From Bacteriovoracaceae bacterium (lineage in GTDB: Bacteria; Bdellovibrionota; Bacteriovoracia; Bacteriovoracales; Bacteriovoracaceae): a stretch of DNA of 64,000 nt. Location: contig JABIHA010000075.1 of NCBI GenBank assembly GCA_018649885.1, positions 1 through 64,000 on the forward strand. The letters run 5' to 3'. Shown here one piece after another: positions 58,225-64,000 of the stretch. Each line of letters starts with the position of its first letter. Position 1 is the stretch's first letter. Below the pieces are notes generated by a model, which searched no databases, was not told the origin of the DNA, and was given only the letters and a program-made list of their open reading frames with translations. Position numbers and translations under genes: made by a program.

Positions 58225-59743
58225 AATCCATGTCAAAAACGGCTTCACTGTAATTGAAACTGAAATCGTTTACGTTTCGCTCCATATTGTCAGGGTCAAC
58301 GCCACGCTTTTTATCATCCTTAAACTGCTCTTCTGGATTAACGTTATTCTCAGTGGCTCCAGTTCGGATGTAGCGATCTTCTGTAAGACCTAGACTTAAT
58401 AGTTCATTTAACTTTGAGGCCCCTTCCTTGATACATTCCATGATTCTTTCTTCAGTCATTTGGGTCATATTCACACAGATATCTTGTCTTTCTGTGATTA
58501 AATCAAGGTAAGCATCTTCATCTTTAATAAACCCATGCTCCTTAGCATACTCATACATTCCAGTATAAGGCAGTGGGAGAAGAAATCCCATACTTGGATA
58601 AACTTTGTTTTTGTAGCACATATCAAAAGTTTCTTTGATGGTTTCTTCTGTTTCCATAGGGTAACCAAAAACAACACTTGTATTGGATGTAATCTTAGCT
58701 TCTTTTAAAATCTTAATTTGCTCAGAGAAATATTCTGGCTCAATTTTCTTATTCATCATTTCGAGAATTTCTTTATTGGCCGACTCTAATGAGAAACCAA
58801 CTGCTGTACAGCCTGACTTTCTCATTTTATGAGCAATTTCTAATTTTCTTTCGTAGGGAACTTTTTCTTTTCCAAATAAGTCAGTTCTGATAGCTGCTGA
58901 CCATTCAAATTTAAGACCTGACTTAAGGATCTCATCAACCATTTTTTCTACTTGGGGAAGTGAGGCAAAACTTAAATCGTCCCAAAAGTTAAAAAGATTG
59001 GCACCGTAAGTATCGATGTGGCTCTTTATCTCTTCCATTACGAGTTCAGGTTTTCTGAACCTATAGGGATCATCCCAAAAAACGTAATGACAGAAAGTGC
59101 ACTTAAAAGCACATCCTCTGGCGGTAGCAATAGAAAATGGACGACTCACTTCTTTATCTTTACCGGCCCTTCCAAGGCTAACACCAGCTGTTTTTGACAT
59201 ATAGAGATCAATATCAAAAAGTCCCCAATTAATATGAGGTAGCTCGTTAATATTACATGCCTTTCTAGGTAGATTTTTTCGAACATTACCGTTTGAATCA
59301 CGGTAGATTATTCCTTCCACAGAAGCTAGCTCAGCTCCCTCATTGAGAGATTTGATTACTTCAACAGCTGTATACTCCCCTTCACCTTTTATCCCGATAT
59401 CAACAGGACAACTTGCAAATAAAACTTCAGGACAACTTCCACCAATAGAATTTCCAAACACTACAGTGGCTTCTGGTTGGTGTTTTTTGATAGTACTAGC
59501 AAGCCACTTCATCCACTTGTAGTGGGTAATAATTGAGCCCGACATAACAACATCAAACTTATTATCAGCAAAATATTTGTCAACATGCTCGTCTGAATAT
59601 TCATGGATATCAATATCTAATAATTCAAACTCATATCCAGCTTGTTGAACAACTGTCATCACAGAAGCAAGTCCAACTGGCAAAATACTATGCCCTTCTC
59701 TTAGAGATGGGTTTACAAATAAAATTTTGATCTTCTGTTCCAT
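58205..59743 (-). CDS. B12-binding radical SAM protein
   Basis: PVGLA, KGEGE, ARGCAFKCTFC, WDDL, SLESA, PLPYT. Confidence 0.9.
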   Translation of the reverse strand: MEQKIKILFVNPSLREGHSILPVGLASVMTVVQQAGYEFELLDIDIHEYSDEHVDKYFADNKFDVVMSGSIITHYKWMKWLASTIKKHQPEATVVFGNSIGGSCPEVLFASCPVDIGIKGEGEYTAVEVIKSLNEGAELASVEGIIYRDSNGNVRKNLPRKACNINELPHINWGLFDIDLYMSKTAGVSLGRAGKDKEVSRPFSIATARGCAFKCTFCHYVFWDDPYRFRKPELVMEEIKSHIDTYGANLFNFWDDLSFASLPQVEKMVDEILKSGLKFEWSAAIRTDLFGKEKVPYERKLEIAHKMRKSGCTAVGFSLESANKEILEMMNKKIEPEYFSEQIKILKEAKITSNTSVVFGYPMETEETIKETFDMCYKNKVYPSMGFLLPLPYTGMYEYAKEHGFIKDEDAYLDLITERQDICVNMTQMTEERIMECIKEGASKLNELLSLGLTEDRYIRTGATENNVNPEEQFKDDKKRGVDPDNMERNVNDFSFNYSEAVFDMDYGSKEE

Positions 59744-59861
59744 GCCTACTCCTTAACTAGAGGGTTAAACAGATTTGCGTATTTCGCGAGCTGCGAATAC
59801 GCCTTCAATTATGGCACAATCGCAACGTGTTAATCACCCTGAAAATATTGACCAAAATAGA

Positions 59862-60016
59862 ATGGAATCAAAATTTTGTCACGTTTTTATCGCAATTCCA
59901 ATTACTAAAGATGACCACACCAAGAGCTTTGGGAGCTAAAAACCACATACCCGAGTAAAGAAGTCCGTTACCTAACGCACCTCACCCCATTTTCTTCAGA
60001 AACACAGCTTTTATAG
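59862..60016 (+). pseudogene. Frameshifted relic of a GT2 gene 5' end
   Basis: MESKFCHVFIAIPI (stop at 59939), then in a shifted frame LKTTYPSKEV; parallels MESKEHIYIMFPL...SQDYPNFSV of the next gene. Confidence 0.5.
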
Positions 60017-60048
60017 TAAAATTGTTAGGCTTAGTGCATATTTAGGGA

Positions 60049-60894
60049 ATGGAATCAAAAGAGCACATTTATATTATGTTTCCCCTATTTAACAGAATTG
60101 AGATGACCCTTAAGTGTCTCCAGGGTTTCTATAGTCAGGATTATCCCAATTTTTCGGTTCACCTTTTCGATGATGGGTCCACTGACGACACTCAAAACTT
60201 GATCGCCAAGCACTTTCCCAAAACAGAAGTCATAAGAGGAGAGGGAGATTATTGGTGGACCAAGTCAATTAACCAAGTCCTTAGAAAACTTATTACTCAA
60301 GCAGGTGAGAATGATTTTTTTCTTACCTCAAATAATGACACATGGATTGAGCCTAACTTTTTATCAACACTGATAAAAGAATCCAAAGAAAACAATAGAT
60401 CCATTGTAGGCAGCCGCTTAAAAAATGCGGCCAATGTGGAAATGATTACTCCGTGTGGATACTACTACTCTCCTGAGATTGTAGGTTTCACACCAGCTCC
60501 AGCTGTTATCGAGGGAAAGAGAGTGATAGATGCACTTGGGTGCAGAGGAACAATAATTCCATCAGAAGTTTTTAGAAAAGTGGGAGAATTTGATGAAATT
60601 AACCTCCCCCATTACGCAGCTGATATTGAATTCTTCTTGAGGGCCCACAAGGCTGGTTTTAATATCCTAGAAAGTGATACTGCTTACACATTTGATCTCG
60701 AACCACCTGAAACGGCTCAAGCTGAATTTGCTGGGATGAAACTCTACGATGTTTTATTTTCAATTAGGTCAAAATCTAACCTCAAAGCTAGGTTTGCAAT
60801 AATTGATAAGCATGGTCCAGGGGGATTAAAAAATCTCAAGCTCAAAGTTGTTTCCTTTTTAACCTTAGTGAAAACATATTTTGCTCAAAGGTAA
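60049..60894 (+). CDS. GT2 glycosyltransferase (rhamnosyltransferase-like)
   Basis: PLFNR, DDGSTD, GDYWWTKSIN, NNDT, PHYAAD. Confidence 0.87.
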   Translation: MESKEHIYIMFPLFNRIEMTLKCLQGFYSQDYPNFSVHLFDDGSTDDTQNLIAKHFPKTEVIRGEGDYWWTKSINQVLRKLITQAGENDFFLTSNNDTWIEPNFLSTLIKESKENNRSIVGSRLKNAANVEMITPCGYYYSPEIVGFTPAPAVIEGKRVIDALGCRGTIIPSEVFRKVGEFDEINLPHYAADIEFFLRAHKAGFNILESDTAYTFDLEPPETAQAEFAGMKLYDVLFSIRSKSNLKARFAIIDKHGPGGLKNLKLKVVSFLTLVKTYFAQR

Positions 60895-60895
60895 A

Positions 60896-61819
60896 TCATT
60901 TTAAAATTCGGCTCAAAAACCTTTTAAATCTACTGGTAAATGAACTCCCAAGATATTTAAAAAACCTTCGAAACTGCTCTCTTGCTAACTCAGAGCTCTC
61001 TACATTTTTTGAAAACGTAAAACTATTAAATTCCAAATCAATGGGAGTATCGAAATAATCAGTATTCATGGCATGAGTTCCAGAACTATCATTTCCAATA
61101 TTTTGAATCAAACTGGTCCCTGGATAAAGACAATGACCATTTTGAAGGAAGGCATATGCATACCAAGAGATTGCCCAACTTTGATTTTTTCCACAGGCTG
61201 CATCCTCTAACATTTTGGTATAAGGATATGTGCTTTCAAAATCAAATTCATGAGCTAAGCCAGAACTAACAATTTGGTCAAGGTAGCCTTGCGGATTAAG
61301 CTCTAGGCCACTCCAACGATCCTTCCAAGTGGCCCATCCCCAACAGTCTGCACCTTTAAGAAAAAATGTTGAACTAAGTGGCACTTTATGAGGAACAGTA
61401 TACCCACTTATACAATATACTGATTGATTGCTTTGATAGAATTCTAGTGCTGAGCAAATATAGTCAAGAAAATGTGGAGATGTTACAATATCATCTTCAA
61501 GAATAATTTGCTGCTCACAAACCTCGAACCCCTTTGATACACCTTCGAAAATTGATTTTTTCAAGCCAAAATTAGTTTCTTTTTTAAATACCTGTGCATT
61601 GGGATTTCGTAATTTAAAATTCTCGGCAACTAGACTCACACTTTCAATATTTTTTAAGTCAGAGTCATTTCTAGGCCCATCAATGTGGATATGAATAGGA
61701 AACTGCCGGCAGCTATCATTTTCTAATAATGCATCTAAAGTCTTTTTTAGATGATCAGATCTATTGAAAGCAAATACTGAAATGAGGGTAGTGGAATTAA
61801 TTAGAACCCCAACACTCAC
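60896..61819 (-). CDS. GT-A-fold glycosyltransferase
   Basis: FAFNRSDH, IDGPR, NFGL, ILEDD, CWGWATWKDRW, NIGND.SGTH; start uncertain (GTG 61819 or TTG 61849). Confidence 0.82.
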   Translation of the reverse strand: MSVGVLINSTTLISVFAFNRSDHLKKTLDALLENDSCRQFPIHIHIDGPRNDSDLKNIESVSLVAENFKLRNPNAQVFKKETNFGLKKSIFEGVSKGFEVCEQQIILEDDIVTSPHFLDYICSALEFYQSNQSVYCISGYTVPHKVPLSSTFFLKGADCWGWATWKDRWSGLELNPQGYLDQIVSSGLAHEFDFESTYPYTKMLEDAACGKNQSWAISWYAYAFLQNGHCLYPGTSLIQNIGNDSSGTHAMNTDYFDTPIDLEFNSFTFSKNVESSELAREQFRRFFKYLGSSFTSRFKRFLSRILK

Positions 61820-62996
61820 GAATAACTTCGTAGCTAGAAAAAGTTTCAATCACGGCGTTAACCAAATCATCACTAGTCCAGCCTTTTAAGACTAACTCAC
61901 CAAGACGGATTTTTTCACTAATAACCTCACCGCCACCAATAATAGTGAGGATATGCTTAGTAAGTGACTCAGGTTGATTTAAGTCCATCAAAAATGCAGC
62001 GTCACCCACTTGATCACGCAAGCCTGGTAAATCTGAATAACAAACAGGCGTCTTAAAATGAAACGCTTCTAGGGGGGGAATATTAGAAGGGCCAAAATAT
62101 GTTGGCATAACAAGTGAAAGAGACTGCTTATAAAGGTATGGAATTTCAGCTCCATTAACAAACCCAATATCATGAATTTGATCACTTATTCCGTATTCAA
62201 GGGCGCGGGCCTTAATATAGCCTGAATTACCTTTACTAATTCCTGAGAAGATTGCATCAACTTTTTGATTGTGATTTTCTTTTAAAAACCTTAAGGCCTT
62301 TAAAATATAAATATGGTTTTTGTGTGGCCAAAATTGTGCGGGATAAAAAATATAATCATTTGAAAGACCATACTTCTGTTTAATATCCACATTTCCTAAA
62401 GACTCCTGAGTATGAATCCCAGGAAGAAGATTAACTACTTTGACCCTTTCTGAGTCGACACCATATCTATCAACGATTGTACTGCTTAAATGTTTTGAAA
62501 CAGCTGTTACAGCAACAGCTTTTTTGAGAACTGTACTATAGAGCATTTCTCTTTCATTAAATTGAGTAGCATTTCTAACTTCAGGAAACTCATTGAAATC
62601 TCTGTGACATAAATCCCACACTGTAAATACATAGGGAATGATATTAAAATCAAGAGCTAGCAAAGAGGGTGATAAAAAATATATTAAATCTACACCCTGA
62701 TTATTTATTAAATCTGTTTCAATCTTCTTTTTTTCTAAATTAAATTTACTGAAAATCCTAAGCCAGCAATCATTTCTCATGATACGTCGATGAATTTTCG
62801 AAAGTATTCCTTCTTGCAATAAATCTACATTCAATCCGATGTCAGTATATTGCTGTTGTACTTCTTTATTAGTTGTAAAAAAATAAAACTCAAATCTATC
62901 ATGAGATAATTTAGAAAATAATTCGACGATTTTGGCTTCGTACTGAAACCCACCACCAGAATCTAAATCGGAACCTACATTAAAAGCTATTTTCAT
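61797..62996 (-). CDS. GT4-family glycosyltransferase
   Basis: TVWDLCHR, FYPAQFWPHKNH, MPTYFGPSNIPPLEA. Confidence 0.88.
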   Translation of the reverse strand: MKIAFNVGSDLDSGGGFQYEAKIVELFSKLSHDRFEFYFFTTNKEVQQQYTDIGLNVDLLQEGILSKIHRRIMRNDCWLRIFSKFNLEKKKIETDLINNQGVDLIYFLSPSLLALDFNIIPYVFTVWDLCHRDFNEFPEVRNATQFNEREMLYSTVLKKAVAVTAVSKHLSSTIVDRYGVDSERVKVVNLLPGIHTQESLGNVDIKQKYGLSNDYIFYPAQFWPHKNHIYILKALRFLKENHNQKVDAIFSGISKGNSGYIKARALEYGISDQIHDIGFVNGAEIPYLYKQSLSLVMPTYFGPSNIPPLEAFHFKTPVCYSDLPGLRDQVGDAAFLMDLNQPESLTKHILTIIGGGEVISEKIRLGELVLKGWTSDDLVNAVIETFSSYEVIRECWGSN

Positions 62997-63754
62997 TTTT
63001 TCCTAAGTACCCATACGACATACCAGCTGCCAAACGAAGGACTCTCATCTGTTAGCCACTGTAATTTCTGGGCAATCTCAAACCCATTTGATTCACAAAA
63101 CATTTCAAGTTCCGGATCAAAAAAATATCTCACATCGTGCTTTTCACTTTTTTCTATAATTTCACTAGATTTTTTATCTTTAATGAAAAAATGATAATTA
63201 ACCCTAACCATATTTTCACGCTCAAAGAACTCTGGTTCACTAAGTCTTGTGACATCAATATCATCATCCCCGAATCGCTTTATTCGAGTTTCGGGCATAT
63301 CAGTTAAGACACCTGGACCGTACCAAAAATCAAAAATAAATAATCCGCCTTGATTCAAATGATCACTTGCCACACGAAATACATCACCAACATTTGCGTT
63401 CGTTGTCAAATATCCCATAACGTGAAAAAGAGAGACAACTGTATCGAATTTTTTATCTAAGGATAGCTCTGTGATATTAGCGCAGCTAAACCTAACTTCG
63501 GAATTTTCTTCCCCTATTCTTTTCTTTGCTATTTCTAGCATCTCATCACTTAGATCAACCCCATGTACTGAATGACCCTTATTTAAAAATAATTCAGCAT
63601 GCTTACCAGTACCACAGCCTAGATCGAGAATTGACTTAGAATTTCCTGCATATTTTTTAATTAGAGAACTGACATAGTCGACTTCGGAGTCATACTCCTT
63701 AGATTCATAAACTAAGTCATAACATTTTGCATATAACTCACCAAAAACGGACAT
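62993..63754 (-). CDS. Class I SAM-dependent methyltransferase
   Basis: YD..Y..KEY, LDLGCGTGKH, GVDLS, SLFHV, FDFWYG. Confidence 0.9.
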   Translation of the reverse strand: MSVFGELYAKCYDLVYESKEYDSEVDYVSSLIKKYAGNSKSILDLGCGTGKHAELFLNKGHSVHGVDLSDEMLEIAKKRIGEENSEVRFSCANITELSLDKKFDTVVSLFHVMGYLTTNANVGDVFRVASDHLNQGGLFIFDFWYGPGVLTDMPETRIKRFGDDDIDVTRLSEPEFFERENMVRVNYHFFIKDKKSSEIIEKSEKHDVRYFFDPELEMFCESNGFEIAQKLQWLTDESPSFGSWYVVWVLRKK

Positions 63755-63779
63755 CGCGGGCCTTGGACAGTGGGTATAG

Positions 63780-64000
63780 TTATTTTTTCAAGCTAATTAG
63801 TGTTTCACTTATATATTTAATCTTCTCACTTGGTAGGTTACTCGATGAAGGCAGGTAAAACCCATTTTTTGTCAATTTTTCTGTAACTGAGTAATCACCA
63901 GTCATGGTGCAACCATATTTTTCAAGCGAAGGCTGCTGGTGCATACCTACAAAAAATCTTCTAGAGTCGATTCCTTTCTCTCGGAGCATTTCCATAATCT
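63780..64000 (-). CDS. C-terminus of a DegT/perosamine-synthetase-like aminotransferase (truncated by window edge)
   Basis: GIDSRRFF..MHQQP, GFYLPS. Confidence 0.75.
   Translation of the reverse strand, partial: IMEMLREKGIDSRRFFVGMHQQPSLEKYGCTMTGDYSVTEKLTKNGFYLPSSSNLPSEKIKYISETLISLKK

Noticed and set aside
4787..59827. CGCAACG recurring in three divergent intergenic regions (about 4787, 53642, 59821)
   Set aside because: A 7-mer can recur by chance, flanks are not conserved, and one copy abuts the wbqC RBS
1..64000. CRISPR arrays, rRNA/tRNA, transposases, prophage or defence genes
   Set aside because: No spaced repeats or relevant protein motifs seen by eye

Overview
An AT-rich bacterial window almost entirely filled by one very large surface-glycan (LPS O-antigen, capsule or protein-glycosylation type) biosynthesis locus that runs off both ends. 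About 58 CDSs sit in 16 alternating-strand blocks. Recognisable modules: GDP-fucose synthase; a PglF/WbpM dehydratase plus a reductase-phosphoglycosyltransferase fusion for glycan initiation; a heptose/higher-carbon sugar set (GmhA-like, GmhB, domain-swapped HldE-like, nucleotidyltransferase, SDRs, TPP-dependent E1 alpha/beta pair); pseudaminic-acid genes (pseB, pseC, pseG, NeuB/PseI-like); and a second ulosonate module (short NeuB, SIS-KdsC fusion, DegT aminotransferase, KdnB-like oxidase, NeuA). Also present are three B12-binding radical SAM enzymes, one radical SAM/SPASM enzyme, many N-acyl and methyl tailoring enzymes, several glycosyltransferases and a PglK-like ABC flippase. Non-coding highlights are two MITE-like inverted-repeat elements between convergent genes (759-972, 13135-13318) and a decayed GT2 gene start (59862-about 60016). 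I saw no rRNA, tRNA, CRISPR array or transposase. The best candidates for undescribed biology are a putative terminal-amino (Kdo8N-analogous) nonulosonate pathway, a lipid-linked higher-carbon amino-sugar transfer system, and radical-SAM tailoring of the glycan. All product calls come from motifs read by eye; no database search was run and the organism cannot be identified with confidence.
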